From positions 224,001 through 288,000 of the forward strand of contig CBDCXV010000010.1 of NCBI GenBank assembly GCA_965223905.1: a stretch of DNA of 64,000 nt. Direction: 5' to 3'. A program made the position numbers and the translations under genes. The notes under the pieces were generated by a model. The model did not search any database and was not told the DNA's origin. It saw nothing but the letters and a program-made list of their open reading frames with translations. Shown one piece after another: positions 1-10,480 of this stretch (positions are counted from its first letter, which is position 1; every line of letters starts with the position of its first letter). This DNA comes from Candidatus Latescibacterota bacterium. GTDB lineage: Bacteria; Latescibacterota; UBA2968; UBA8231.

Positions 1-1
1 G

Positions 2-235
2 GGGAGCGAGCAGCAGCGCGCCAAGCAGCGGTGGCTCGTCCGCTGGAGCGCCTTTCATCGCGCCGTCGCCTTTTCCGAGATGGTGTCCCACCGATTCCTC
101 GACGGGGAAGGTTCCAGGCAGCGCACCGAGTTCGCCAACGGAGTCGCCGCGGAATTCGACCTCGCGGAGAACCGCTTCCGCATCGAGGGTGCCGGCGGCT
201 TCGACGGAGCCTGGGAGGTGCCCCCGGAGCTGTGA
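2..235 (+). CDS. C-terminal end of a gene entering from the left, possibly a glycoside hydrolase (DUF5696/GH129-like)
   Basis: Frame 2 is open from the window edge: ...AFSEMVSHRFLDGEGSRQRTEFANGVAAEFDL...PPEL*, with GC-rich third positions. The family call rests only on the EMxSHxFLD/RQRTxF motif. Confidence 0.45.
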   Translation, partial: GSEQQRAKQRWLVRWSAFHRAVAFSEMVSHRFLDGEGSRQRTEFANGVAAEFDLAENRFRIEGAGGFDGAWEVPPEL

Positions 236-633
236 GGCCGGGGCCGCCTGGTCCCACATGCCCGGCCTCTCTACTACCGGTTGGAGAGCTGCGGTTTCGG
301 GTTGCGGCGGCCGCAGCCCGGGCTGACCGCACCTTTCTCGATCACGGGAGCACCGCCGGCCGAGGCTTCGAAACGGTGCTCCAGGCCCGAGACCGGCTTT
401 CGCGGCATTGACCGGCTTCAGTTCCTACATTTGGCGCCGATTCGACTGCGTACTCCCAAAAAGGCAGTGCAAGATGGAGTACCGCCGATTCGCCCCGGTC
501 GGCGACACGAAACGGCCGGAGGATATCCGCGCTCCGCTCCGACGGCAGTCTCGGTGTCTGCCTCGGGGTGCGCGTCTGGCACGGCCGGGATCAACGAGCC
601 GTACCGACCCATAGCGAACAGGAGGTATTCCGT

Positions 634-1884
634 TTGGAAAAGGTTGAACTGGCGGTGATCGGTTGCGGCGGCATGGGCGGCCGCCACCTGAGCGGGTTGA
701 ACGAGTTGTTGAGCACCCCATTCGCCAACATCGAGCTGGTGGGGTTGTGCGACATCAACCGGGACAACGCCGTAGTGGCCGCGGCGCAGGTCGAACAGAT
801 GATGGGGTTCAGGCCCCCCGTCTTCACCTCCGTCGAAGAAATGAAGGCGGCCGTTCCCGGCCTTCGGGCCGTCGACGTCGTCGTCGATCCCTGCTTTCAC
901 GAAGAGGTGGTGTGCCAGTCCCTCGACCTCGGCCTCCACGTCATGGTGGAAAAACCGATGGCGATCACCGTCAAAGGGTGCCTGGCGATGATGGAGGCCG
1001 CCGAACGCAACGGCCGCCTGCTGTCGGTCGCCGAGAACTTCCGCCGCGACCCTTCGGCGAGGCTGGTCAACCACCTGCTGCGGGAGGGCAGGATCGGCAC
1101 CCCGTACATGGCCACCTTCCACCACCTGAGCGGCGGCGACAGGGTTTTCATCACTCCGTGGCGCCACCTGAAGGACCGGGGCGGCATGGTCCTCGACGTC
1201 GGCGTTCACTTCACCGACCTGATCCGCTACCAGCTCGGCGACATCGAGGAGGTGTACGGAGACGTGCGCCTCGTCGAGCCGGTGAGAAAGAAGCCGGAGG
1301 GGACCGGAATCCAGAACGAGTTCTACCGCAAGCGCCTCGAGGCGATGGCGGCCCAGTACCCGGCCACTGCCGAGGACGTGTCCATCGCCAGCATGCGCCT
1401 CGAAAGCGGGGCCTTCGTAAGCTGGATGGTCGGCATCGGCGGGCACGGGGACTGCGGCGGCGAGATGATCTTCGGCGATGAGGGCGCCCTGCGCGGCTTC
1501 GGAACCCGGGGGGGAAGTACCTGCCTGGTCAGGACCGGTGAGGAGGAAGTCCCATACGAAGAGCTCATGGCCTCTGCCGAGGGGCTGGAGCTCGAGCCCC
1601 TGGCCGCCCACTTCTTCCCCGACAAGGTGACCGGGGAAAACATCGACTTCAGGCTGCTGGCCCTGGAGTATTTGGAACTCGGCGAAGCGATCCTGAACGG
1701 GCGCCAGCTCGAGGTCGACGGCGTCGAGGGGATGAAGGACGTCGCCGCGGTCTACGCGATCTTCGAGTCTTCGGTGGCGGGCCGTCCGGTGAAGATGAGC
1801 GAGGTGGAGAGCGGTGAGCTCAGCACCTACCAGGACGAGATCGACGCCGCCCTGAAGACGACTTTCCGAAATCGTCGGCCATGA
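634..1884 (+). CDS. Gfo/Idh/MocA family oxidoreductase
   Basis: IGCGGMG Rossmann motif, HVMVEKPMA, DVGVHFTDL. TTG start at 634 follows AGGAGG. Confidence 0.9.
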   Translation: MEKVELAVIGCGGMGGRHLSGLNELLSTPFANIELVGLCDINRDNAVVAAAQVEQMMGFRPPVFTSVEEMKAAVPGLRAVDVVVDPCFHEEVVCQSLDLGLHVMVEKPMAITVKGCLAMMEAAERNGRLLSVAENFRRDPSARLVNHLLREGRIGTPYMATFHHLSGGDRVFITPWRHLKDRGGMVLDVGVHFTDLIRYQLGDIEEVYGDVRLVEPVRKKPEGTGIQNEFYRKRLEAMAAQYPATAEDVSIASMRLESGAFVSWMVGIGGHGDCGGEMIFGDEGALRGFGTRGGSTCLVRTGEEEVPYEELMASAEGLELEPLAAHFFPDKVTGENIDFRLLALEYLELGEAILNGRQLEVDGVEGMKDVAAVYAIFESSVAGRPVKMSEVESGELSTYQDEIDAALKTTFRNRRP

Positions 1885-2074
1885 CGTTCAACTCTACCCA
1901 ATCCCCCCATCGCTCCCCCCCGCGGCCGCGGAAAGTAAGGAAACCCATCCGCTCCCGGCTCCGGCTGCGATGGCGGAAACTCAGGCGGAAGATGCCTTCA
2001 TCTGCGGCGTCACCCGCCCCAGGTCATCCAAAATCGCCGGTAGTTTTCGAAACCCGGAACCACCCTGGAGATTC

Positions 2075-3055
2075 ATGAAACGAGTCGCCAAACCAGCAGG
2101 CCGGTTCAACGTCGTCATCGAAGAGGCTCCGATCCCGCAGCCGCGAGCGGACGAAGTACGCGTCCGGGCGATCCGCAGCCTCATCAGCCGCGGCTCGGAA
2201 ATCGGGGCCCGCTACACCCGGGAGCACGCCATAGATCCCGAGCGCATGGGGTACTCCCTCGCCGGGGTCGTCGACGAGGTCGGGCCGGATGTCCAGCACC
2301 TGCGCGAGGGGGACCGCGTCGTCGCCGTCGCACCCCACGCCCAGTACGTGGTCAGGCCCGCGGGCCCGAGGGGACCCGGTGAGCAGGCCAGGGTCGTGCC
2401 GATGCCGGACGATCTCGGATTCGAAGCTGCGACCTACTTCCCTCTTTCCGGGGGGGCCGTGGCCTGGACGGAGATCGAACGGATTCAGCCGTTCGACACG
2501 GTAGTCATTCTCGGACAGGGCCTGGTCGGCAGCCTGATGCTGCAGGTGGGCAAGGCCAACGGAAAGGGGCGCTTCATCGCCGTCGACGCGCTTCCCGAAC
2601 GGTGTGCCCTCGCCGCGGGGCTCGGAGCCGACCACGTGATCGACGCGGCGGCCGAAGACCCGGTGCGAGCGGTGCAGCGGCTCACCAACGGCGCCGGGGC
2701 CGACATCGTCGTCTACGCCGTCGGCGGCCCCGCGGGACCGAAGGCCTTCGACCAGGGCCTCGACATGCTCGCCGTCGGCGGCCTGCTGCACCTCATCGGC
2801 CTGTACGAGGACCAGCCCCTGCCGCTCTCCTCCGGGAAGATCCAGAGGCGGCGCCTCCTCGGCGGCTACTACCGCCAGATCGTGGACCCCGGCTGCGCCC
2901 GCAGGGCGATGGAGCTGCTGGCATCCGGCGCCATTGGGGCGGACCGCATGACCAGCCACCGCTTCCCGTACCGGAATGCGGCCGACGCCTTCGACCTGCT
3001 CTACAACAGACCGGGGGAAGCGATGGGGGTCCTGCTCGACTGGGAGGCGGAGTGA
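2075..3055 (+). CDS. MDR-superfamily (zinc-binding alcohol dehydrogenase-like) oxidoreductase
   Basis: [16 protein letters not shown] and ILGQGLVG motifs. GGAG RBS before ATG 2075. Confidence 0.85.
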   Translation: MKRVAKPAGRFNVVIEEAPIPQPRADEVRVRAIRSLISRGSEIGARYTREHAIDPERMGYSLAGVVDEVGPDVQHLREGDRVVAVAPHAQYVVRPAGPRGPGEQARVVPMPDDLGFEAATYFPLSGGAVAWTEIERIQPFDTVVILGQGLVGSLMLQVGKANGKGRFIAVDALPERCALAAGLGADHVIDAAAEDPVRAVQRLTNGAGADIVVYAVGGPAGPKAFDQGLDMLAVGGLLHLIGLYEDQPLPLSSGKIQRRRLLGGYYRQIVDPGCARRAMELLASGAIGADRMTSHRFPYRNAADAFDLLYNRPGEAMGVLLDWEAE

Positions 3056-3074
3056 AGTCACTCCGGAGCAGCGA

Positions 3075-3518
3075 ATGAGCGCGCTTGCCGACTGGGTTTC
3101 CCAGTATTGCTCCTCGGAACAGTTCGCGCTGTTCGAATCCGAATCGAAACGCGCAGCCGAGCTGTTGCTGTCCGTCTGGTGCGACGAAGCCGGCGATGAC
3201 CCTTCCGTCGAGGGATTCGAGGCCGGCCTGAAGAGGGTAGCCAGGCTCGACCTGCCTCTTGCGAGCCGCAAGGCCTTCCCGGAACTGCTCGGCGCCTTTC
3301 TCGAATACGTCACCTCCACCGGGAATTCGCCGCAGGAAGGACGCTGGCTGAGCTATCTGTCCCAGGTCGAGCGGCGCTACGCCGAGAGCTTTCGCGATGA
3401 CGGCTCCGTTCGCGGGGAGACGTACCGCAAACCGTATGAAAGCGTCGGCCGCAACGATCCCTGCCCATGCGGGAGCGGGATGAAGTTCAAGAAGTGCTGC
3501 ATCGGTTTGTTGTCCTGA
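3075..3518 (+). CDS. SEC-C metal-binding motif protein
   Basis: C-terminal [19 protein letters not shown]. Start uncertain. Confidence 0.8.
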   Translation: MSALADWVSQYCSSEQFALFESESKRAAELLLSVWCDEAGDDPSVEGFEAGLKRVARLDLPLASRKAFPELLGAFLEYVTSTGNSPQEGRWLSYLSQVERRYAESFRDDGSVRGETYRKPYESVGRNDPCPCGSGMKFKKCCIGLLS

Positions 3519-3639
3519 GCCTCCTCTCGAATAGATCACCTGCTGCAAACTGCTTTATGTTTCCTGTCTCGCGTTTTTTCCGGCGGTGCGGCTTTTCGGT
3601 ACGCACCTGTCACATTCCAACCGACCTCAGGGAAGAGAG

Positions 3640-4632
3640 ATGAGCGAAAACGAACAGCACCAGCCTGTAGCCGAGTGGATTTCGTACCGGGAAGAGATCC
3701 GCGTTCTGGACTGCACGATCCGGGACGGGGGCCTGATGAACGACAGCCAGTTCGAGGACGAGGTCGTCCGCGGCGTGTACACCGCCTGCGTCGAGGCCGG
3801 GGTCGACTACATGGAGATCGGCTACATCAACTCCCGCGAACAGTTCCCGCCCGGCGAGTTCGGACCCTGGCGCCACAGCCGCGAAGAGGACATCCGCCGC
3901 ATCGTCGGCGACAACGACACCGGCCTCAAGCTGTGCGCCATGGCCGACGCGGAGAAGAGCGACTACAAGGAGGATATCCTGCCGAGCGACCAGAGCGTCC
4001 TCGACATGATCCGCATCGCCACCTACATCCACCAGATTCCGCTGGCGCTGGACATGATCCGGGACGCCTGCGACAAGGGGTACGAGACCACCCTCAACCT
4101 GATGGCGGCGTCGACGGTCCAGGAAAACGAGATGGACGAGGCCCTTGCCCTGCTGATGGAATCCCCGGTCGGCAGCATCTACGTCGTCGACAGCTTCGGC
4201 TCGATGTACGGGGAGCAGATCGAATTCCTGATGGACAAGTTCCTCGGCTTAACCAGGGGCTCGAGCAAGGAGATCGGCATCCACTGCCACAACAACCAGC
4301 AGCTCGCCTTCGCCAACACCGTGCAGGCGATCGTCAAGGGGGCCAACATGCTCGACGCCAGCGTCGCCGGGCTCGGGCGCGGCGCCGGCAACTGCCAGAT
4401 GGAGCTGCTGATCGGCTTTCTCCACAACCCGAAGTACCGCCTCCGCCCCATCCTCAAGTGCATCCAGGAACACATCGAGCCGTTGCGCTCCAAGCTGCTG
4501 TGGGGATACGACTACCCCTACATGCTGACCGGAATGCTCAACGAGCACCCGCGTTCCGGCATGGCCTTCAACCAGTCGGAGGACAGGGGGGACATCATCA
4601 AGTTCTACGACCAGATCACCGCCGAGGAGTGA
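3640..4632 (+). CDS. DRE-TIM/HMGL-like aldolase catalytic-domain protein (4-hydroxy-2-oxovalerate aldolase-like)
   Basis: LDCTIRDGG, VDSFGS, HCHNN and GLGRGAGN motifs. Confidence 0.85.
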   Translation: MSENEQHQPVAEWISYREEIRVLDCTIRDGGLMNDSQFEDEVVRGVYTACVEAGVDYMEIGYINSREQFPPGEFGPWRHSREEDIRRIVGDNDTGLKLCAMADAEKSDYKEDILPSDQSVLDMIRIATYIHQIPLALDMIRDACDKGYETTLNLMAASTVQENEMDEALALLMESPVGSIYVVDSFGSMYGEQIEFLMDKFLGLTRGSSKEIGIHCHNNQQLAFANTVQAIVKGANMLDASVAGLGRGAGNCQMELLIGFLHNPKYRLRPILKCIQEHIEPLRSKLLWGYDYPYMLTGMLNEHPRSGMAFNQSEDRGDIIKFYDQITAEE

Positions 4633-4744
4633 GCCCGCCCGCGGGCGCCATCCCCGGGGCGATTTCGAGCTTCGCTGTCACCCGGCCCCCTTCAGCGCAG
4701 GCCGCAACCATACACCTTCGACTTGGCCGCACGGAGCACCGGTT

Positions 4745-5407
4745 ATGAGCAGCCGCAACAACTACATAGACGCAGCGCTCTACGACTACATCCTCGCCAA
4801 CTCGCTGCGCGACACCCCGCTGCTTGCCCGGCTGCGCGAGGAGACCGCGGCGAGGCCGGGCGGCATGATGCAGATCTCACCCGACCAGGGGCAGTTCATG
4901 GCCCTGCTGGTCAAGCTGACGGGGGCTACCCGGATCCTGGAGATCGGGTCCTTCACCGGGTACAGCGCCCTCGTCATGGCACAGGCCCTGCCCGAAACCG
5001 GCAGGCTGACCGCCTGCGATGTAAGCGAGGAATACACGTCGACGGCGCGCCGCTACTGGCAGGAAGCGGGGGTGGCCGGCAAGATCGACCTGCGACTGGG
5101 GCCGGCGGCCGATACCCTGTCCGCCCTGCTCGGCGACGGCGCCGCCGGCAGCTACGACCTCGCCTTCATCGATGCCGACAAGGTCAACTACGGTTCGTAC
5201 TACGAGAGCTGCCTCGAGTTGCTGCGCCCGGGGGGACTGATCCTGATCGACAACGTGCTCTGGAACGGCCGCCCGGCGCGCCCGGAGGAAGTGGACGAGG
5301 ATACGGTGGCCATCCGCGAGCTCAACGCCGCCCTCCACCGCGACGAGCGCGTCGACCTGTCGCTGCTGTCGATCGGGGACGGCCTGACGCTGGCGCGCAA
5401 ACGCTAG
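4745..5407 (+). CDS. Class I SAM-dependent O-methyltransferase (caffeoyl-CoA OMT-like)
   Basis: MQISPDQG, LEIGSFTGYS, FIDADK, DNVLW and GDGL motifs. Confidence 0.92.
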   Translation: MSSRNNYIDAALYDYILANSLRDTPLLARLREETAARPGGMMQISPDQGQFMALLVKLTGATRILEIGSFTGYSALVMAQALPETGRLTACDVSEEYTSTARRYWQEAGVAGKIDLRLGPAADTLSALLGDGAAGSYDLAFIDADKVNYGSYYESCLELLRPGGLILIDNVLWNGRPARPEEVDEDTVAIRELNAALHRDERVDLSLLSIGDGLTLARKR

Positions 5408-5560
5408 AACCTGATTGCCTTCGCGCGCAGTTTTCGGGTGACTTCCGCCCGTCTCGGTGCGTCGCCTTCGCTCCCAGTACTCACTCCGTACGACGCTGCG
5501 CCTCGCGGGCCCGGGGCTTCGGTGCCCGCGTTCGTACGCTTGCGTACCCGGGCAGGGCAC

Positions 5561-6334
5561 CTAGCCGCGGAACGAGGGGTCCTTGTCTTCGACCAGGCGC
5601 ACCAGCGCGTCGAACTCCAGCTGGCCGGTGTCGGCGGCGCAGCGCGCGAACTCCCGCATCTGGCGCGCCGAGCGCTCGACTGCTTCCTGCGGAGGGTACT
5701 GCAGCCGGCCGCAGGCCATGGCGTCGAGCTGAACCCGGCAGGCGCTTTCGAGGCGGTACAGGTAGAGGAAGGCCTCGGCGATCGTGCGGCCGACCGACAG
5801 CAGGCCGTGGTTGCGCAGGATGAGGGCGTCGGCGCTGCCGAGGTCGCCGGCCAGCTTCTCCCGCTCCTCGAGCAGGAGCATGGAGCCCTCGAAGTCGTGG
5901 TAGGCGAGGTTCCCGTGAAAGCTCATCCCGTTCATGCTGACCGGAAGCAGCCCGCACTCCAGCGCGGCGACCGCCATGCCGGCGCGCGTGTGGGTGTGCA
6001 TGACGCAATGCGCGTCTTCCCGGTGCTCGTGGATGGCGCTGTGGATGACGAAGCCGGCCGGATTGAAGGAGTACTCGGAAGGCTCGACGAGGTTGCCGTC
6101 GAGATCGATCTTCACCAGGCCGGAGGCGGTGATCTCGTCGTAGCGCAGGCCGTACGGGTTGATGAGGAAGTGGTGCTCCGGTCCCGGCACCCTCATCGAG
6201 ATGTGGCCGTAGATCAGCTCGCACCAGCCGAGGTGGTCGAAAATCCGGTAGGCCGCGGCGAGCTGGACGCGCAGGTCCCGCTCGGCGGCGTAGGCTTCGT
6301 TGGTCTCGAATGTCGCCGGCAGCGTCGTGGTCAT
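5561..6334 (-). CDS. Class II aldolase/adducin family protein
   Basis: HISMRVP, GFVIHSAIH, HTHT and LRNHG motifs. Confidence 0.92.
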   Translation of the reverse strand: MTTTLPATFETNEAYAAERDLRVQLAAAYRIFDHLGWCELIYGHISMRVPGPEHHFLINPYGLRYDEITASGLVKIDLDGNLVEPSEYSFNPAGFVIHSAIHEHREDAHCVMHTHTRAGMAVAALECGLLPVSMNGMSFHGNLAYHDFEGSMLLLEEREKLAGDLGSADALILRNHGLLSVGRTIAEAFLYLYRLESACRVQLDAMACGRLQYPPQEAVERSARQMREFARCAADTGQLEFDALVRLVEDKDPSFRG

Positions 6335-6456
6335 GGTCGTCTCACTTGTTCCGAAGTCCGCGGCCGGACGCCCCTCCCGGGCGCGGCCGATTGGCGTTTT
6401 CCTGAGTATATCCCTTCTGCCACGATCCCGCCAAGCTCCCCGAGGGAGGTTTTTCA

Positions 6457-7587
6457 ATGGTAACCGACAACCGCAGCGCCGGCCCCTGGAAGCCGGTAGA
6501 GCGCGAGGGCTACGATCCGCTTCCGATCACCGCCCTCAAGGTCCACATGCTCGACGATCCGCATTCCGGCACCCGCGACGGCCTGCTCCGGATCCTCACC
6601 GAGGACGGCATCGAGGGCTGGTGCAACGAGATCGACGCGGAGACCGCGCGCGTGATCACCACCCGCTTCCGCGAGCACCTGGTCGGCCGCGACGCCCTCG
6701 GGCGCGAGCGGCTCTGGCACGACCTGCTGATGTTCGAGCGCCTCACCTGGCCGCCGAAGAAGCTGCGCGGCGCCATCGACACCGCCCTCTGGGACATCGC
6801 CGGCAAGCGGCACGGCCTGCCGGTCTGGCGCCTGCTCGGGGCCTGCCGCGACAAGGTGCCGGCGTACCGGACCCAGTCCGGCACCCTGGGCCCGGAGGGA
6901 CTGAGGATGGACCACTTCCTCGATTTCGCCCTGCAGGTCAAGGAAGAGGGGTACCTCGGAAGCAAGGACCACTGCTACGCCGGTCCCAGGTTCATGATCG
7001 ACCTCGCGGGGGAACTGCGGGATGCCGCGGGGCCGGATTTCCACCTGATGCACGACGCCGTCGGCTACTACGACGTCAAGGAAGCGATCCGGGTCGGCAG
7101 GGCCCTGGAGGAGCACGAATTCACCTGGTTCGAGGAACCGCTGCGCGACCATGACTTCACCGGGTACAAGCAGGTGCGCGACGCCCTGGAGATCCCCGTC
7201 GTCGCCGGCGAGTACTTCCCCCACCAGCTGCACAGCTACGCGCAGATGGTGGCCATGGGGGCGGTCGACACCCTCAAGCCGGCGATCGACATGGGGGGAA
7301 TCACCGAGATGCTCAAGCTCGCCCAGCTCACCTTCGCCTTCGGAGCCACCCTGCACGTGTCGGCGCACGGCCACATGTGGGGGTTCTCGTCGATCAACGT
7401 CAACGGCGCCATCGAGAACGGGTCCCTGCTCGAGGTGCACCCTCCGTTCGAGAGCCACACCAACCCGGCGATCAGGAACCCCCTGCGCATGTCCGGCGGC
7501 TACGTCGAGATGCCGGAAGCTCCCGGTCTCGGGGTCGACCTCGACTGGGACGCGATCGAGGACATGACCGTCGAGGTGATCGAGTAG
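6457..7587 (+). CDS. Mandelate racemase/muconate lactonizing enzyme (enolase superfamily)
   Basis: IDTALWDIAGK, LMHD, WFEEP, VAGE and PGLGVD motifs. GGAGG RBS. Confidence 0.9.
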   Translation: MVTDNRSAGPWKPVEREGYDPLPITALKVHMLDDPHSGTRDGLLRILTEDGIEGWCNEIDAETARVITTRFREHLVGRDALGRERLWHDLLMFERLTWPPKKLRGAIDTALWDIAGKRHGLPVWRLLGACRDKVPAYRTQSGTLGPEGLRMDHFLDFALQVKEEGYLGSKDHCYAGPRFMIDLAGELRDAAGPDFHLMHDAVGYYDVKEAIRVGRALEEHEFTWFEEPLRDHDFTGYKQVRDALEIPVVAGEYFPHQLHSYAQMVAMGAVDTLKPAIDMGGITEMLKLAQLTFAFGATLHVSAHGHMWGFSSINVNGAIENGSLLEVHPPFESHTNPAIRNPLRMSGGYVEMPEAPGLGVDLDWDAIEDMTVEVIE

Positions 7588-7657
7588 GTTGCCGGCGGAT
7601 CACCTCGGGGAGCCCCATGAAACCCAGCTGCGGAAAAACACCCGAACGAGGAGAGCC

Positions 7658-8611
7658 ATGAATACCCTGCCGCTGTGCGATCCCCACTTCCACATGTGGG
7701 ACCTCGACGACCGCCCCAACCCGAACCTCGGTCCCGAAGCCGAAGAGCTGATGCGGGCTTACCGGGCAGCGGATTACGACGCCGATGCCGCTAGCCTTCC
7801 CCCGCGGCTGAACCTGGTTTCGCGGGTCCACGTCGAAACCGTGGTCGGGCAGATGGAGGGGGGCCCCGTGGTGGACACGGTCTCCGAGACCGGGTGGGTC
7901 TGCGCCCAGCTCGAGGCGACGCAGGCGGAGCGGCCTTCCTACGTGGTCGCCTACCTCAATCTCGCCGGCGATCCCGCCGCGGCCGAGCGCACCCTCGAGC
8001 GGCATATCGAGGCCTCCTCCTCGCGGCTGCGCGGAGTGCGCATGATCCTCAACCACCACCCCGACAACCCGGACCTCACCTGGCCGCAGGTCGCCGGCGG
8101 CGAGCTGATGCACATTCCCCAGTTCCGCGAGGGCCTCGAGTTGCTCGCCGGCCGCGGCCTCTCGTTCGACCTCTCCTGCAATCCCCACCAGATCCCCGGG
8201 GCCGTCAGGGTTTTCGCCGACTTCCCCGGGCTGCGGGTCGTCGCCAACCACCTCGGGTTCCTCCACGACGGCGAGGACGCCGCTCACGAGGAGCTGTGGC
8301 GCGACGGCATCGAGGGCCTGGCGTCGCTGCCGAATGTCTGCATCAAGCTGTCGATGCTGTGGTTCGCCCGCGCCGGGTTTCACAGCGACCCGGGAAAGCA
8401 GGCCAAGGTGCGGGATCTCGTCCGCGAGGTGATCGACGTCTTCGGCCCGGAGCGCTGCATGTTCGCCAGCAACTACCCGGTCGACAAGATTCGCGGGATC
8501 TCGTTCTCGAATCTGTACGGGCTTTTCCTGGACTGGACGCAGGACCTGGAGGAAGACGAGCTCAGGGCCCTGTTCCACGACACCGCGGCGCGCGCCTACA
8601 ACCTCGATTGA
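7658..8611 (+). CDS. Amidohydrolase_2 family protein (sugar lactonase-like)
   Basis: DPHFHMWD, NHLG, IKLS and FASNYPVD motifs. Confidence 0.9.
   Translation: MNTLPLCDPHFHMWDLDDRPNPNLGPEAEELMRAYRAADYDADAASLPPRLNLVSRVHVETVVGQMEGGPVVDTVSETGWVCAQLEATQAERPSYVVAYLNLAGDPAAAERTLERHIEASSSRLRGVRMILNHHPDNPDLTWPQVAGGELMHIPQFREGLELLAGRGLSFDLSCNPHQIPGAVRVFADFPGLRVVANHLGFLHDGEDAAHEELWRDGIEGLASLPNVCIKLSMLWFARAGFHSDPGKQAKVRDLVREVIDVFGPERCMFASNYPVDKIRGISFSNLYGLFLDWTQDLEEDELRALFHDTAARAYNLD
8563..8611 (+). repeat. 49-bp direct repeat, left copy (3' end of the amidohydrolase gene; attL-like)
   Basis: CAGGGCCCTGTTCCACGACACCGCGGCGCGCGCCTACAACCTCGATTGA is identical to 13540-13588. Confidence 0.95.
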
Positions 8612-9085
8612 GCAGGGACACCTAAGACCAAGGGCACCCCATTGCATTCAATTCAATTAGGTAAAGGTCGAGGCGACTTCAAGTGCTAAAGGCACGCACG
8701 GACCAGAATAGATCCCTGAAGATCGTTTGCGGGACCTTTGGCGGGCTCTCAGTACCGTTGGGTTTGCGGCGGGAACGAATCCTTGCCCGTCCCTGGATCA
8801 ACCCGGGACACGAAGGGGCTTTCGGCGCATCGACACGGGCCCCGCCGGTGACAGTCGGCAAGGCAGATCAGATGACCTACTATAACTGAGGCCCCGCCCG
8901 GATTGAGGCTCAGAGCAGGCAGGATCCTCAGGCGACCCCTACATGCCGCCCATTTGTTGACCTCTTCGGAAACACGCACCGGCCTCGACTCATGAAGGTG
9001 TAGATAGGTTTTTTACCCCGTACAGTTAACGCGGTCGCAAGTTTCGCTAGCACCTCGACTGTACCGCCATCATTATTTCCCAGTT

Positions 9086-10480
9086 TCAAGCTGTAGTACC
9101 TGTTGGTCCCCCATGCTCCCAAAGGTCACCGACGACAGGTCCCCGAGGGTAATTCAAACCTGATCGCCGAATGATCGCTCCACGCGATAAAGGAACTTGG
9201 GCCCCCTTCTCGCAAACAAGGTTGAACTGACATGACGCGCAATGCGGCCCAACACATGCGGGAAACCCTTCACTAGCCGCGAGCCGTCTAGCCCACCGCC
9301 TTAACGCAAGTGTTATCTGACGGACGTCTTGCGCTGCAAACATAAACCGTTCCTCCTCACCGGTCGGGAGCATAATTCGACGAGCAATCACCGAACCCAA
9401 ATTGAATTCCAGCAGAACCGCTGCACTGTAAGCTGCAATCTGTAGCCAATCAGGAATCCGGGGCCGGGATGTCAACTCTCGATTCGAGGCTTTATAGTCG
9501 ATTACCTCGATTATGCCTGATGGGTCGAGCGCGACCCGATCGATCCGACCTACAAAGATCATGCCTTCACCTAGCTTCATCCGGACAGCCTTTTCAACGG
9601 CGATCGTTCTGAACTTCTCATTTCGAAACACAACGTCATAGTGAAAGGCTAGTATGTCCCTGCCCGCGTCGTACAGACGTTCTGCCGTGTCACCCTCCAC
9701 CTCATTGGGCAGCGTTTCCGCCAACCTGCCTTTGAACCAGCTAATGACCTCGTCCTTGACAGGGCCGTCGCCCATAGCGCCATACAGCCATGCAAGCGTC
9801 TCGTGCAGACGACTGCCAAGGAACATCTGTTCTGATTCCACAATCTCGGGAACGCGATCAACATATTTCAGCTGGTAAGAAAGGGGGCAAACCTCAAAGG
9901 ATGCCAACTGCGAAAAGGAAAGCTCACTCGGGATGTTGTGGGACCTGTTGTGGGACCTTGTGTTCTTGACATCACACACTGTCTCCCACGCCCAACGAAT
10001 TGCAGACGCAAGGTATGATGGGCTATAGTTCTCCGACGAAAGGGTAAGGTCGGCAGGAACCAGCCGTAACCTGGACTCAGTCCAACGAAGTTGGGACGCC
10101 CACGACCCGCCAGCCTGAGGTCGGCTCCACCCCGAACGCTCCCGAATGCGGCGTATGGCCGTACCGATACTGCAGTCTAGCAGCACAACGAAGGAGGTAA
10201 GTCCATGCAAGCGAATCCGCTCGATGATCTCTTCAAAGTCCCTAGAGGCGCCGCTGCACTCAAAAATGACCGGCGATGAAGACGCCGACGATGTGATTTG
10301 TTCAGCGATGGCAGATGGACATTCTTCAGGAGTATGCAACCGCCGAAAGTCCTCAACGGGAAAGTAGCGTGCGCCCAACGACGATGCGAGCCTCCGACAT
10401 ACCGCGGATTTCCCGGCACCTATTTGGCCGATGACCACAAGAACCGAGTCACTAATACCCTTTAGCTCGTCCCTATGCAT
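9086..10480 (-). CDS. P-loop nucleotide-kinase-like domain fused to a PD-(D/E)XK (Cas4/RecB-like, 4-Cys) nuclease
   Basis: Walker A GQIGAGKS. Nuclease part has SFSQL..FEVCP, GSRLH, GRIDRV, IDYK, QIAAY and HCASCQFNLVC. ATG 10480 overlaps the upstream stop. Confidence 0.85.
   Translation of the reverse strand: MHRDELKGISDSVLVVIGQIGAGKSAVCRRLASSLGARYFPVEDFRRLHTPEECPSAIAEQITSSASSSPVIFECSGASRDFEEIIERIRLHGLTSFVVLLDCSIGTAIRRIRERSGWSRPQAGGSWASQLRWTESRLRLVPADLTLSSENYSPSYLASAIRWAWETVCDVKNTRSHNRSHNIPSELSFSQLASFEVCPLSYQLKYVDRVPEIVESEQMFLGSRLHETLAWLYGAMGDGPVKDEVISWFKGRLAETLPNEVEGDTAERLYDAGRDILAFHYDVVFRNEKFRTIAVEKAVRMKLGEGMIFVGRIDRVALDPSGIIEVIDYKASNRELTSRPRIPDWLQIAAYSAAVLLEFNLGSVIARRIMLPTGEEERFMFAAQDVRQITLALRRWARRLAASEGFPACVGPHCASCQFNLVCEKGAQVPLSRGAIIRRSGLNYPRGPVVGDLWEHGGPTGTTA

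Noticed and set aside
236-633. Riboswitch or ncRNA in the hairpin-containing spacer (e.g. GGAGCACCG/CGGTGCTCC at 347-382)
   Set aside because: No recognisable riboswitch consensus, and such stems are expected at this GC content.
8928-9122. Fourth islet gene beginning (M)GAWGT, reminiscent of DUF4259
   Set aside because: TTG start inside the upstream gene, only 64 codons, and no further resemblance.
9086-10480. CRISPR-associated cas4
   Set aside because: No cas1/cas2 or array nearby. The protein is fused to a kinase and coupled to the RT operon.
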